From Ranitomeya imitator (lineage: Eukaryota), in assembly GCF_032444005.1 (NCBI RefSeq), contig NC_091285.1, positions 531,340,001 to 531,404,000 of the forward strand: 64,000 nucleotides of DNA, written 5' to 3'. Shown here piece after piece: positions 33,625-47,800 of this stretch (the first letter of the stretch is position 1; each line of letters starts with the position of its first letter). A program made the translations under genes and the position numbers. The notes below the pieces were generated by a model. That model had not been told where the DNA came from, searched no databases, and was given only the letters and a program-made list of their open reading frames with translations.

Positions 33625-34873
33625 TGTGACGGACAAGGGAGAATCCATTTTGGATTTTAAGTTCAGGACATCTCCTTCCACTCCTGAAATGTGCCCCCTC
33701 CATTGGGATTCCACAGGCTCATTGTTTTCTTTTAATTAAAAGAGCTAGTGTGAACTCTTCTGCAGCTATAGCAACCGGAACCTCTTTGTGTGACCAAGCA
33801 TATGGCACAGCAAGGCTATGAGGTATGGAATCTGGAAAATGACCTATTGTATAATAAGAGAATGCAAAATATCTCTAAGATGAGCCGAGCACATATTCCT
33901 TTCCCCACGTGCCCATATTACTTAGCCATCTGTAGCACTCTGGATTATGGAGTTATAAAACATAGCTAGCAGTAATTACATACGGTAGTCAGATTTAGTC
34001 TCTATGTGCAGATAAAATCCAGCGGAATCCAGTGGCGGTACAACCAATCCATTCAGAGCTTCGGGCTCAAAGTTATGGGCCAGCCACAGTTGTAGGCAGG
34101 AAATCATATTCTCAGATATGGGAGGAGAGAAGCTGCACCACCCAGGGGTGGGAGCAGATGGGTGAAGTAGCAGCCTAGGAGATATAAGGCAGCCCCTCAT
34201 TTAGGTCTGGGTTTTCTGATGGCCGGAGCATACGTTTGCTGACGCAGCCCGGAAAGCCTGTAACTAAGATTTGGACCTGTGATCCATCAGCGCCTCCCTG
34301 TGGTCACATGCTACATAACATTGCAACCTATCTATACCCTATCCTTGTACTACACTCCTGACTGTATATATTTGCTCTTGTATGTATAGCTGTATGTTCT
34401 AGTGCGCCTCCTCGGCGATTAAATATAAAATTAGTCTTTGGCTCCTCTTTTATCTCGATCCACAAATCCCCATGTCTGCACACTCCGTTGGTTATCTTAT
34501 ACACTGCCGCAGGGTTGGTTCCTGACCCGATATAATTCTGCTGTCGTATGGGGCTTATTTTAAATGAGGAACTGGTGGCAGAATACCGTATTGTTTTAGT
34601 GAGGAATTCTGGCAGTGACGGCCGGGAGGTTTAGATATCCCCAGGCTGGACTGGTAATATATATCCCAACCCCCCCCCTTCCCCACGGGGAGCGCCTCTC
34701 TAACTTGTACCTGTAAGGGAAGTCTTTCTGGTGACTATTTGCCCTCAGTGCAGTTCCCTGACTGACCTGAGGCAAGTTGTGGTGCTAGAGAGCCGATCCC
34801 TGCCGGGTCCTTCTCTTTCCTCCCCCCGAGGTGAGTGAAGTCGCCGCCCCCTTTCCCTGTGAGATCCCTTACA
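33625..34873. mobile_element. Solo LTR (1249 bp) in the satellite
   Basis: tgtgacgg...ccttaca with a 5-bp TSD CCCCG. The empty site matches the paralogous caagtttaaccctgtgacagatgtg at ~35407. Confidence 0.88.
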
Positions 34874-37800
34874 CCCCGTGACTGATGTGTTGGGCTGCCC
34901 ACTCAGGTCTGGCCCCATATCTGGTGTGTTGGGCCGCCCGCCTAGGGTTTGTCCCTGTGCCTAGTGTGTTAGGCCGAGCACTTTTGGTCTGGCCCATTGT
35001 CTGGTGTGTTTGTCTGCCCTCATTTGGTATGGCCCCGTGTCTGGTGTGACGGGTCTGGTAAATCTGGTGTGCTGGGCCACCTGCCTTGGGTCTGGCCCCG
35101 TGCTTGGTGTGTTGGGCCGCTCACCTCTGATTTTTGTCGTGACTGGTGTGTTGGGTCTGGCCTTGTGTCTGGTATGTTGGGCCGCCCATTTCGGTTCTGA
35201 CCCCATGTCTGGTGTATTTAGCCACCCACCTTGAATCTGGCCTCACGGCTGATGTGCTGGTCCACCCGCCTCGGGTATGACCTCGTGTCTGGTGGCCATT
35301 TGTCTGGTGTGTTTGGTTGCTTGCCTCAGGTCTGGCTTCGTATCTGGAGTGTTAGGTAGCCCACTTTGAGTCTTGCACTATGTCAGGTGTATTGGGCTGC
35401 CCACTTCAAGTTTAACCCTGTGACAGATGTGTTGGGCTGCATGCTAAGGTCTGGCCCCATATCTGGTATGTTTGGTGCCCCACTAGTGTTTGTCCCCGTG
35501 CCTAGTATGTTAGGCCGAGCGCTTTGGGTTTGGCCCATTGTCTGGTGTGTTGGACCGCCTGCCTTGCGTCCGGCTTCGTGTCTGGTGTGATGGGTCTGGT
35601 CTCATGTCTAGTGTGTTGGGCCACCCGCCTTGGGTCTGACCTGTGTCTGGTGTGTTGGGCCGCCCACCTCAGTTGACCCCGTTTCTGGTGTTTTGAACAG
35701 CCCATCTCGAGTCTGGCCTCTTGTGTTATGTGTTGGGCCACCCGCCTCTTGTCTGGCCTTGTGTCTTCTGGCCCTATGTCTGGTGTGGTAGGCTGCCCAC
35801 CTCAAGTTGGGCCTTGTGTCTGGTGTGTTAGGCCACCCACCTTGGGCTTTGTACAGGTTTGGAGTGTTGGGCTGTCAGCCTCGGGTGACCCCATGTCTAG
35901 TGTGTTGAACCACCTGCCTCAGTTCTGACTTCTCTGGATCTGGCTCTGTGTCTGGTGTGTTGGGCCGCCTGCCTCAAGTCTGGCTCCATGTCAGGTGTGT
36001 TGAGCCCACCCGCCTCTGGTTTGGCCCCGTGTTTGATGTGTTCGGCAGCCAACTTCAAGTCTGTCTTTACGTCTGGTATGTTGAGCTGCCCGCTTCAGGT
36101 CTGACTTTATTTCTGGTGTGTTGGGTCTTGCCTCTTGTCTGGTGTGTTGGTCCACCTGTATTGGAACTGGCCCCATGTCTGATTTATTCATCTGCCCATT
36201 TTGGGTTTGGCCTTGTGTTTGGACCTCCCACCTTGTCACATGTCTGGTGTGTTAGGCTGCCTGCCTCGGGTCTGACTTAGTATCTGGTGTGTTGGGGCAC
36301 CCGTGTTGTCTGGCCCCATGTCTGGTGTATTGGGCCTCCCACCTCGGGTCTGGCCCAATGTCTGATATGTTTGGTCTTATCTCGTGTCTGGTATGTTGGG
36401 CTACTGTCTTCGTTCTGGCCCCATATCTGGTGTGTTGGGTTGCCGCCTTGGGTCTTGCCCTATGTGTGGTGTGTTTCGCCGCCCGCCTCAGGTTTGGCGC
36501 CCTGTCTGGTGTGTTTTGCTGCCCACTTCGAGTCTGGCCCCATATCTGGTGTGTTACGCCACCTGCCTCAGGTTTGGCCCCGTGTCTGATGTGTTCAGCA
36601 GCCCATTTCAAGTGTGACTTTACGTCTGGTATGTTGGCCTGCCCACTTCAGGGCTGGCCCTTGTCTGGTGTATTGGACCGCCCATTCCTTGGGTCTGGAC
36701 CAATGTCCGGTGTGTTAGGCTGCCTGCCTTGGGTCTGGCCCTGTTACCTGTGTTAGACCACTCACATCGAGTCTGGCTCTGTGTCTGGTGTGTTGAACCG
36801 CCCACCTCTTCCTAACCCATTGTCTAGTGTGTTGGGACGCCCAACTCGGGTCTGATTTCTTGGGCCATTCTGGCTCTGTATCTGGTGTGTTGGGCCACCG
36901 CCTATGGTTTGGCTCCTTCTCTGGTGTGTTGGACTGTCTGCCTCGGGTCTGGCCCCATGTCAGGTGTGTTGGGCCTCCCACCTGGGGTTTGGCCCCATGT
37001 TTGGTGTGTTGGACCTCTTGCCAAGTTGGGTCTGGCCCAAAATTCTGGAGTGTTGAACCGTCTGTCCTGTTGGGCTGCCTGCCTTGGGCCTGGCCCTGTT
37101 ACCTGTGTTAGGCGACTCGCATCGAGTCTGGCTCTGTGTCTAGTGTGTTGAGCCCCCGCCTCCCGCTAACCCCTTGTCTAGTGTGTTGGGAAGCCCGCCT
37201 CAGATCTGGCTCATGTCTGGTGTGTTGTGCCGCCTGCTGCAAGTCTGATTTATTGGGCCATTCTGTCCCTGTGACTGGTGTGTTGGGCCACCCGCTTATG
37301 GTTTGGCCCCTTCTCTGTTGTTGTGTTGGGCTACCTTTCTCAGGTCTAGCCCCATGTCTGGTGTGTTGGGCCATCCGCCTCGGGTTTGGCCCCTTGTATT
37401 GTGCATTGGTCTGCCTGCCTTATCTGGCCTTATGTCTGGTATGTTGGGTCGCCCACCTCGGGTTTGGTTTGTTGGGTATCCCGTCTTGGGTCTGGCCACA
37501 AGTCTAATGTGCTGGGCCATGTGCCTCAGTTCTGGACCCGAATTTGGTGTGTTGGGGCGCCCACCTTTGGTCTGGCACCATGTCTGGTGTGTTGGGCTGA
37601 ATGCCTCAGGTCTGGCCCTGTCTTGTGTGGTGGGCTGCCCGCTTCAGGTCTGGCCCCTTGACTGGTGAGCCCGACCGCCCATCCCCTGGGTTTTTCCCTG
37701 TGTCTTTTGTGTTGAGCTGCCTGGCTCTGTCTAACCTCTGGGTGTGTTGGGATACCCGACTCGGGTTCTGGTCCATGTCTGGTGTGTTGTGCCGCCCGCC

Positions 37801-40065
37801 TCGCGTCTTATTTGTTGGGCTGTTCTGGCCTTGTGTTTGGTGTGTTGAGAGGTCTTCTGATTAAGGTATGGCTCCTTCTCTGGTGTGTTGGATTGTATGC
37901 CTCGGGTCTGGCCCCATGTCTGGTGCATTGGACCGCTGCCTTAGGTCTGGCCTTATGTCTGGTCTGTTGGGCCACCTGCCTCAGGTCTGGTGTCTTGGGC
38001 ACCCCCATCTTGGGTGTGGCCCCGAATCTACTGTGCTGGCTGCGCTCTTTGGGTCTAGCCTGTTTCAGGTGTGTTGGCTCGATTGCCCGAAGTCTGCCCC
38101 CTGTCTAATGTATTGAACTGCCTGCCTCGGGTCTGACCCTGTGTCTGAAATGTTGGGCAGTGCGCCTTTGGTCTGGTCCCATGTCTGGTGTGTTGGAATG
38201 CCTGCTTCGTGTTAGGTCTCATGTCTGATGTACTGGGCTGTCTGCCTCAGGTCTGGCCCATTTCTGGTATGTTGGGCCACCCACCTGGGGTATGGCCCCA
38301 ATTCTGGTGTGTTGGACTGCTCTTCTTGGGTCTAGTCCCTGGTCTGGTGTGTTCTGCTGCCCTCCCGCCTCGTGTGGTGCTGTGTCTGCTATGTTGGTCT
38401 GCCCACTCATGTTTGGTGTGTTGGGGTGCCCGCCTTGGTTCTGGCCCCATATCTGGTATGTTGGGTTGCCCGCTTCAGGTCTGGCCCTTGTCTGGTCTGT
38501 TGGCCCGTTATTTGGTGTGTTGGCCCCATGTCTGGTGTGTTGGGCTGCGTGCAGTGTCTGGCCCTGTTACCTGATGTGTTGGGCCACTCGCATCTGGTCT
38601 GGCCCTTGTCTAGTGTTTTGTGCCGCCTGCTTCAGTTCTGATTTGTTGGGCAATTCTGGCCCTGCGTATAGTGTGTTGGGCCACCCACTTATGGTTTGGC
38701 CCCTTCTCTGGTGTGTTGCGCTGTCTGCCTCTGCCCGCCTCAGGTTTGGCTCCTTGTTTGGTGCGTTGGGTTGCCTGCCTTGCATCTGGCCCTATGTCTG
38801 ATGCCCACCTCGGGTTTGGTGTATTGGGCAGCCCGTATTGGGTCTGGCCAAAAATCTAGTGTGTTGTGCCATATGCCTCGAGTCTGGACCCATGTGTGGT
38901 GTGTTGGGGTGCCCACCTTGGGTCTGGCACCATGTCTAGTTTGTTGAGCCGAGTGCCTTAGGCTTGGCCCCTGTCTGGTGTGTAAGGCTAGCCGCTTCAG
39001 GTCTGGCCCCTTGACTGGTGTGTTGGACAGCCCATCTCTTGGGTCTGGCCCTGTGACTGGTGTGTTGGGCCGCCCGCCTGGGGTCTGACTTTTTTACATG
39101 ATATGTGGTGCAGTTCACCTCGAGTCTGCCTCTTTGTCTGGCCACCCACCTCAGGGTGGCCCTCTGTCTGGTGTGTTGGGCTGCCCTCTTCAGGTCTGGC
39201 CCATTGTGTAGTATGTTGGACCACCCATCCCTTTGGTCTATTCCCATGTCTGGTGTGTCGAGCTACCTGCCTTGGGTCTGGCTCGTTACCTGATGTGTTA
39301 GGTCATTCACATCAAGTTTGGCTCTATGTCTTGTGTGTTGGGCTGCCCACCTCTGGCTAACCCATTTTCTACTGTGCTGGGACGACCGTCTCGGGTCTGG
39401 CCCATATCTGGTGTGTTGTGCTGCCCGCCTCGGTTCTGATTTGTTGGGCTGTTCTGGCCCTGTGTCTAGTGCGTTGGTACGCCTGCCTCGGGTCTGGCTC
39501 CATGTCTGGTGCATTGGGCCATCCGCCTCTGATCTTGGCCCATGTCTATTGTGTTGGGTCACCCGCCTGGGGTTTGGCCCTGTGTCTGGTGTGTTGGGCC
39601 TCTTGCCTTGGGTATGGCCTCGATTCTGGTGTGTTCGATCGCCCGTCTTGGGTTTAGCCCTGTGTCTGGTGTGTCCTGCTTCCCGCGCACCTTGTGTGAC
39701 CCCATGTCTATTGTGTTGGTCTGCCCACTCATGTCCGGTGTGCTGGGCATCTTGTCTTGAATCTGGCTTTGTCTGGTGTCAGGCCACCTGACTCAGGTTT
39801 TGCCCCGTGTCTGGTACGTTTGGGACACCTGCATCGGTTTTGGTGTGTTGGGCCACCCGCCTTGAATCTGACTCAGTGTCTGGTGTCCTATGTCTGGAGA
39901 GTTGGATCGTCCTCCTCGGATCTGGCCCCATGTCTGGTATATTGGGCTGGCTGCCTTCCATCTGGCCCCCTGTTTGGTGTGTTGGACCGCTCGCATAGGG
40001 CCTAACCCTGTGTCTGGTGTGTTGGGCCACATGCCTCAGTTCTAGTCTCTTGTCTGGTGTATTGG

Positions 40066-41562
40066 TGTTACGCTCACGCCCTGACTGGTGGGCGTGAGCT
40101 CGGGGGTTTTGTGGCCCCACTGTGCCAGAAACCAGACTACCCTGGAAGGGGCGTGACTAACAGCTGCCTGGGTTTTCACTGGAGCCTCTGATGGTGAGGA
40201 CAGGCTTGTGCAGCAGGCAGCTGCCAGGTGCTACTCCAGGGTGGTGTCTGGCTGTGGCTGCTGATCCCACTTGGGAGACTGGAACACATGGATTGGTGCG
40301 GGCATTAGGCAGGACTGGCAGAAGAGCACGGCTGGAACACGGACGAGTAGGCTGGCATGGCTGAGACAGGGCTGGCAGAGAACACAGGGCTGGCAGAGAC
40401 ACGGCAGGAAACAGGACTGGTTGATGTGGTATATGAAGGAACAGGTAAGGGCCTGTTCACACTGGACGTGCAGGTACAGATATGTAGTTTGGAACACAGG
40501 GCTGGCAGAGACACGGCAGAGAACACAGGGCTTGCTAGGACGGCAGGAGACACAGGACTGACTTAGGACGGCAGGAGACAGGACTGGCTAGGACGGCAGG
40601 AAACACAGGACTAGCTGATGAGATATTAGAATCAGGCTGCACTCAGATGACACCCGAGTGCAGTCCAATTGTGAGTGAGATGAAGGAACAGGTAGGGATA
40701 TATAGTTTGGAGGAACAGGTAGGGACCTGTTCACACAGGAGAGGAGTGAAAGACTGCAGATAGGAATGGAAAAGCAGCAAGCGGTAGCGTAGCGACAAAA
40801 GCTGAGCAGAGCCACAAAGAATGTGGAGAGAAGCTGCAGCAAGAGATACTGCAGAAGCTAAGCAAAGTGGAACCGCAAGGATTGCAGAGAGGAACTGCAG
40901 CAAGAGGTTTCTGCAGCAACGGGAGCGGAGCAGAGTAAGACGGAGCAGAACCGCAGAAGTGCAGAGCAGCGGTAAAGCCACCAAGATGCAGAGCAGGCAG
41001 AACCGCAAGAGTGCAGAGTGTAAGCAGACTGAGAACACAAGGAAAGACACAGCAGGGAAGGAAGCCACACACAAGGAGACCGAGATAAGACCAAGTACAG
41101 ACAAGGCAATGGAACAAGACACAAGGACAAAGACACAGGGACCAGGATATTCTGCCTCCTGGAGGGCGGACAAAGATCAAGGCAAATGCACAGAGAAAAG
41201 CCTCCAGAGAGGGAGTAACATAGAGCAAGGCCAGGCAAACTCAGAAGCAAAACACTAACTGAGCAAACACATTGCACAGGCCCAGACCACAGGGTGGAGC
41301 TGCACTATATACAGGAGGCCTCTTGGCAATTGGCCAGAAGCACCTTAGGGAGGTGCACACAGTCTCAATAAGAATCCGGAGTGGCTGGCGCCACCCCCCT
41401 ATGCACACGGCCAGGAAGTGTACACAGAGCAGGCCGCCATGAAGCACATGGCATGGAACCAGCAGCAGACAGATCTCACAGCATGGCACTGGGTGAGTGA
41501 GTAGATGTAGCAGGCAGGTGGGGAATGGAAGGCCATGCAGTGATGCCGACAGGGTTGTTACA
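40066..41562. mobile_element. Solo LTR (1497 bp) in the satellite
   Basis: tgttacg...gttaca with a 5-bp TSD ATTGG (40061-40065, 41563-41567). 10-bp-arm terminal hairpin and internal short repeats. Confidence 0.85.
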
Positions 41563-44500
41563 ATTGGGCTGCTCGCCATGAGATTGGTCCATGCCTGGTG
41601 TGTTGGGCTGCCTGCCTTGAGTCTGGGCCCATATTTGGAGTGTTTGGTCGCCCGCCTCAAGTCTGGCCCCTTGATTGGTGTGTTGGACCGCTCACCTAGG
41701 GTCTAGCCTCGTGTCTGGTGATTTGGGCTGCCTATCTCGGGTTTGGCTCGGAGCCTGGTGTGTTGGGCTGCCTACCTCGGGTATAGCCCTGTGTGCGTGT
41801 GTGTGGCTCCCTGATTTGGTTAAGGTGTATCGTGCCGCCCGCCTGACTCTTTTACCTGATGTGTTGTTGGGAAGCTCGCCTCGAATCTGGCTCTGCATCT
41901 AGTGTTGGGCCGCCCGCTTCCAGTATGGCTCTATCTCTAGTGTGTTGGATTGTTCTGATGTTGTGCGCCTGGCTGTGTGCCTCCTGCCTCAAGTCTGGCC
42001 TCATGTACGGTGTGTTCGGCCACCCGCCTCATGTCTGGACACGTGTCTGGCCTCGTTTCTGATATGTTAGACCACCAGCCTCGGGTCTAGCCCCATGTCT
42101 GGGGTGTTGGACTGCTTGCCTCAGGTTTGGCCATGTGTCTGGTGTGTTGGGTCTCTAGCCTCTGGTCTGATCCTGTGTCTGCTCTGTTGGACCACCCGCT
42201 TCGGGTCTTGCCCCATATCTGGTGTGTCGGGTAGCATGCTTTGGGTCTGGTGTGTTGGGCTGCCCCCACTCCTCAGGTCTGGTGTGTTTGGCTGCCCACA
42301 TTCCCCATGTGGCCCCATGTTTGGTGAATTGGCTGTCCACTCACCCTGGGTTTGGTGTGTTGGATTACACGCCTGGCCCCTTGTCTGGTGTGTTAGGGCA
42401 ATCGCCTTGGGTCTGGGCCCTTGTCTGGTGTGTTGGACTGCCCACCTTGGGTCTGGCCTCGTGTCTAGCTCCCTGTCTGGTGTGTTGGACTGAACACCTT
42501 GGGCTTGCCCTTGGGTCTGGTATGATTGGCCACGTGCCTCGGGTCTGGTCCTGTGTCTTGTGGGCTGGGCAGCCTACCTCAGGTCTGGACCCATGTACAG
42601 TGTTTTGGGATGCCTGTCTCTGTTCAGGTGTGTTGGGCCACCCACCTCAGGTCTTAATTGGTTGAGCAACTCGGTGTCTTGCTCTGTATGGGGTGCATGC
42701 CTTGGGTCTGGCCCCATGCTAGGTGTGTTGGGCATTGTGCCTCGGATTTGCCTTGTGTCCGCCACGGGTTTTTCATGTTTCTAGTGTGTTCAATCAACTG
42801 TTTCAAGTGTGTCCCTGTGTTGGGCCACCCTCCTTGGGTCTGGCCCCATGTCTGTCCTTATGTCTGGTGTGTCGGGCCGCCCGCCTTGCGTCTGGCCCCA
42901 TGTCTAGTGTATTGAGCCTCCTGCCCCATATAGCCCTGTGTCTGGTGTGTTGGTGCCCACCCAGTGTATGTTGTGTTGGATCATGTGCCTTGGGTCTGAC
43001 CCCATGACTGGTGTTGGACCCTTTACTTTGGGCCTGGGCCTGTGTCTGGTTTATTTTGTCACCCACCTCAGGTTTTTCCTGCTTCTAGTGTGTTGGGTCG
43101 TCTGCCTCAAGTGTGAACGTGTGTCTCTTGTGTTGAACTGCCTGCCCCATATGGCCCTGTGTCTGGTGTGTTGGGATGCCTGCCCACCTCATGTCTGGTG
43201 TTCTGGATCATGCCTCATCAGGCCTTTTTCTGGTGTATTTGGTCTGCCTGACTTGGGTCTGGCCCCATGTCTGGTGTTTTGGGTGCTTGCTTCGGGTCTG
43301 GCCCCGTGTCTGGTGTGTTGGGCCGCGTGCCTCGGTTGTGGTATGTTGGGCCACCTACCTCGAGTATAGCACTTTGTCTGGTGTGTTGGGCTGTCCCCTT
43401 CACATCTGGGCCCTTGTTTGTTGTCGTGGGTCACCCCCCTTGGGTCTGGCCATATGTCTGGTGTGTTGGACTGCCCATCTTGGGTCTGGCCTCGTGTCTA
43501 GCTCCCTGTCTGGTGTGTTGGACTGAACACCTTGGGCTTGCCCTTGGGTCTGGTATGATAGGCCACGTGCCTCGGGTCTGGCCCTGTGTCTTGTGGGCTG
43601 GGCAGCCTACCTCAGGTCTGGACCCATGTACAGTGTTTTGGGATGCCTGTCTCTGTTCAGGTGTGTTGGGCCGCCCACCTCAGGTCTTAATTGGTTGAGC
43701 AACTCGGTGTCTTGCTCTGTATCTAGTGTGTTCAGCTGCCTGCCTTGAGGTGGCACCTTGTCTGGTGTATTGGGTCGCCTGTCTCAGGTCTGACCCTGTG
43801 TCAAGAGTGTTGGACCGACTGCCTCGGGTCTGCCCCATATCAGGAGTGTTGGGCTGACTGCCTCAGGTCTAACCCTGTGTGTGGTGCTTTGGGCCACGTG
43901 CCCCGAGTCTGACCCAGTGTCTGGTGTGTTGTTCTGATCTGGCTTGTGTCTGGTGTTTTGATCTGTCCGCCACGGGTCTGGCCCCGTGTCTGGTGTGTTG
44001 GGCCACCCGCCTCGTGTCTGGCCCAGTATCTGTTCTGCTGGGCTATCTGCCTTGGGTCTGGCCTTGTGTCTAGTGTGTTGGACCCCACTGCTCAGGTCTG
44101 GCCCCATGTTTGGTGTGTTGGGCTGCCCACTTTGGGTCTGGTGTTTTGCGCTGCCTGTCTCGGTTCAGGTGTGTCACGCCACTTGCCTTGGATATGGCTC
44201 TGTGTCTAGTTTGTTGGGCCGACCACCTCGGGTCTAGACACTCTGCTTGGTGTGATGGGGTACTTACCTCAGGTCTGATGGGTCTGGACCTGTGTCTAAT
44301 GTTTTGTGCCACCTGCCTGGAATCTGGCATGTGTCTGGTGTCTTGGGCCGCCCGCCCCAGGAATGGTCATGTCATTGGTGTGTCGGGCTTCATGTTTGGT
44401 GTGTTTGGCCACCTGCATCGGGTCTGGCCCCATGTCTGGTGTGTTGAGCCACCCACCCTATATGGCCCTGTGTCTGATGTGTTGGGATTCCCGTCCTTGC

Positions 44501-44666
44501 CCTTCCACCCCTTGTTGGTTTACGTGCTTTGGGTCTGGCTGACCCCTTGTCTGGTGTGTTGGGGTGCCCACCTTGTGTCTGGCCCCATGTCTAGTGTGTT
44601 GATCCACTTGCCTCGAACCTGCCCTGTGTCTGGTGTACACACCAAACACGGACCAGACTTAAGGTG

Positions 44667-44825
44667 TAAAAACGTAATTCCAGCTCACCCAGTTGCTCTA
44701 TGCTCAACAGGACTGGATTTTCCTTTTCTTTTTCAAAAGAAAATATAGTGCATACAAACGAAAAATTTACATGGTCGACATGACCTAGTCGACGCATTTT
44801 GACTGCACTAGGCAGTCTTACTCAT
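44667..44825. other. 159-bp unique insert flanked by an 11-bp direct repeat
   Basis: GACTTAAGGTG at 44656-44666 and 44826-44836. Confidence 0.75.
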
Positions 44826-47800
44826 GACTTAAGGTGGGTAGACAAAACACCATAATTAGGGATAGACACTAGGCGGGCAGTCCAACTTACCAGATCTGGG
44901 CCTAGACTCGAGGCGGCCAGCCCAACACACCAGACACGAGGCTAAGCCTGATGCGTGTGGCCCAACACCTCAAACATAAAGCCAGATCCAAGGCGGGCAG
45001 CCCAACACACCAGACACGAAGCCAGACCTTAGGCAGGTGGCCCAGCACACTACACATGGGGCTGGATCCATCGCGGGCAGCCCAACATAGCAAACACTAA
45101 GCCAAAATTGAGGCATGTATCCGAACACACCAGACACAAGGCCAGATCCAAGGCAGGTGGCAGAACACATCAGACATGAGATCAGACTCGAGGCTGGCAA
45201 CTCAACACACCAGACACGGGGCCAGACACAAGACTGGCAGCATAACACACCACACACAGGGCCAGACACGAGGCAGGCTGTCCAACACACCATACACAAA
45301 CCAGACACGAGGCGGGTGGTACAATACACCAGACACAGGGACAGACTTAAGGTGGGCAGCCCAAAACACCTGAAATGGAGACAGACACTAGGCAGGCAGC
45401 CCCGGGGACCAGACCTGGGCCTAGACTCCAGGCAGCCGACCCAACACACCAAATACGGGGCAAGACCCGAGGCACTTGGCCCAAAAACGAAGACACAGGT
45501 CCGGACAAGAGATGAGCGACCCAATGCACCAGACAAAGGGCCAGACCTGAGGTGGACATCCCAATACTCCAAACATGGGGCCATACCAGAGGTGGGCGGC
45601 CCAATACATCAGACACGGAGCCAGACACAAGGCGGGTGGCCCAACACACCAGACATGAGGCAAGACCTGAGGTGGGAGGCCCAAAACACCAGACACAGGG
45701 CCAAACCCAATGCCAGCAGACAAACACACCAGATATTGGGCCAGACCCAATGTGGGTGGGCCAACACACCAGACATAAAGTCAAACTTGAATTGGGCTGC
45801 CAAACACATCAAACACAGGGCCAAACCTGCGGCTGGTGACCCAACACACCAGATACAGGGCCAGATCCGAAGAAGCCAGGGGTTGACCCGAGGTAGGCAG
45901 CCTAACACTCCAAACCCGGGCAAAGCATAAGGCGGGTGGCCTAACACACCAGACACAAGACCCAACCTGAGTTGGGTGGCTTAACACACCAGACACAAGG
46001 CTAGACAAGAGGTGGGTGGGCCAACACATGACACAAGAGGCCAGAATCGAGACAGGCAGTTCAACACACCAGACACGGGACTAAGCCTGAGGCGGATGCC
46101 CCAACACACCAGACTCAAGACCAGACCCAACACACCAGACACCGGGCCGAACCCAAGGCGGTCGTCCCAACACACCAGACACTGGGCCAGACCCAAAGTG
46201 CTCAGCCTAACACACAAGGCACGGGGACAAACCATAGGCAAGCGGCTCAACACATCAGATATGGGGCCAGACCTGAAGCGGGCAACCCAACACATAAGTC
46301 ACGAGGTCAAAATTGAGGCGGGGGGCCTAACACACCAGACATAGGGCCAGACCCAAAGTGCGCAGCCCAACACACCAGACAAGAAGCCAGACCTAAGGCA
46401 AGCGACCCAACCACCAGACAAACAACCACCAGATACGAGGTTATACACAAGGCCATACAGATCAGACACAAGGCCAGACTCAATGTGGGTGGCCAAACAC
46501 ACCAGACATGGGGTCAGAGCCGAGATGGGTGGCCCAACATACCAGACATGAGGCTAAATCCAACACACCAGTCACGTGACCAGACTAGAGGTGGGAGTCC
46601 CAACACACCAAACACGGGTCCACTCTTTAAGTGGGAGGCCGGACACACCTGAGACACAGCCAGACCTGAAGTGGGTGGCCTAACACACCAGACAGGGGGC
46701 AAGACCCAAAGCGGGCATCCAAACACACCAAACATGGGGCCACACCCAACACACCAGACATGCGGCCAAGCCCGAGGCGGGTGGCCCAAAACACCAGGTA
46801 TGGGGCCAGACTCGAGGCAGGTGGCAAAACACACCAGACAAGGAGTCAAACCTGAGGCCGGCAGCGAAACAGACCACACATAGGGCCAGACCCAAGGCAG
46901 GCAACCCAACACACTAGACATGGGGCTAGAACGGAGACAGGTGGCCCAACACACCAGACACGAGTAAGAGCAAATGCATCAGACATTAGGCAAGACCCAA
47001 GGCAGGTGGCCCAACTAGACATAGGGCCAGATCTGAACAAATCAGAACTGAGGCAGGAGGTCCATCACATTAGACATGGGGTCGGACCCGAGGCTGGCAG
47101 CCCAACACTTCAAACCTGGGCAAAGTCCAAGACAGTTGGCCTAACACACCAGACACAAGGCCAGATCTGAAATGGCGGCCTACCACACCAGACACAGGGC
47201 CAGCAGACACAAGGCCAGACAAGAGGAGGGTGGCCCGACACATAACGCAAGAGGCCAGACTCCAGATGGGCAGCTCAACACATCAGACAAGGGGCCAAAC
47301 CGAGGTGGGCAGCCCAACACACCAAACACAGGGCCAGAACCGAGGTGGACTGCCCAACACACCAGACATGGGTCAAACCCAAGGCGGGCTGCCCAACACA
47401 GCAAACATGGGGACAAGCCTGAGTCGGGCAGCCCAAAACACCAGACATGGGGCCAGACCCAAGGCGGGCAGCCCAACACACCAGACACGAGATCCGACCC
47501 AACACACCAGACATGGGGCTAGACCAAAGGGGGGGCAGCTCAACACAACAGACACTGGGCCAATCCCAAATCACTCGGCCTAACCCACAAGGCATGGAGA
47601 CAAACCCTAGGTGAGCGACCGAACACACCAGATATGGGGCCAGACCTGAGCGGGCAGCCCAACACTCCAGATAAGAAGCTAGACCTGAGGCAAGCAGCCC
47701 AACACACCAGACAAACGGCCAGGCGGGCAGCAGAACACACCAGACATGGGGCTAGACCCAAAGCGGTGGCCTGACACCAGATATGGCCCAATTCATCAGA

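Larger units (their letters stand above)
29800..44636 (+). repeat. 40-bp satellite, left arm (GT-rich strand on +), diverged
   Basis: Continuous tgtctggtgtgttgggc..gcctcgggtctggccc units. Confidence 0.95.

Noticed and set aside
40643-41277. ORFs of 139-176 aa on both strands
   Set aside because: They come from purine-skewed repetitive LTR interior with no recognisable domain.
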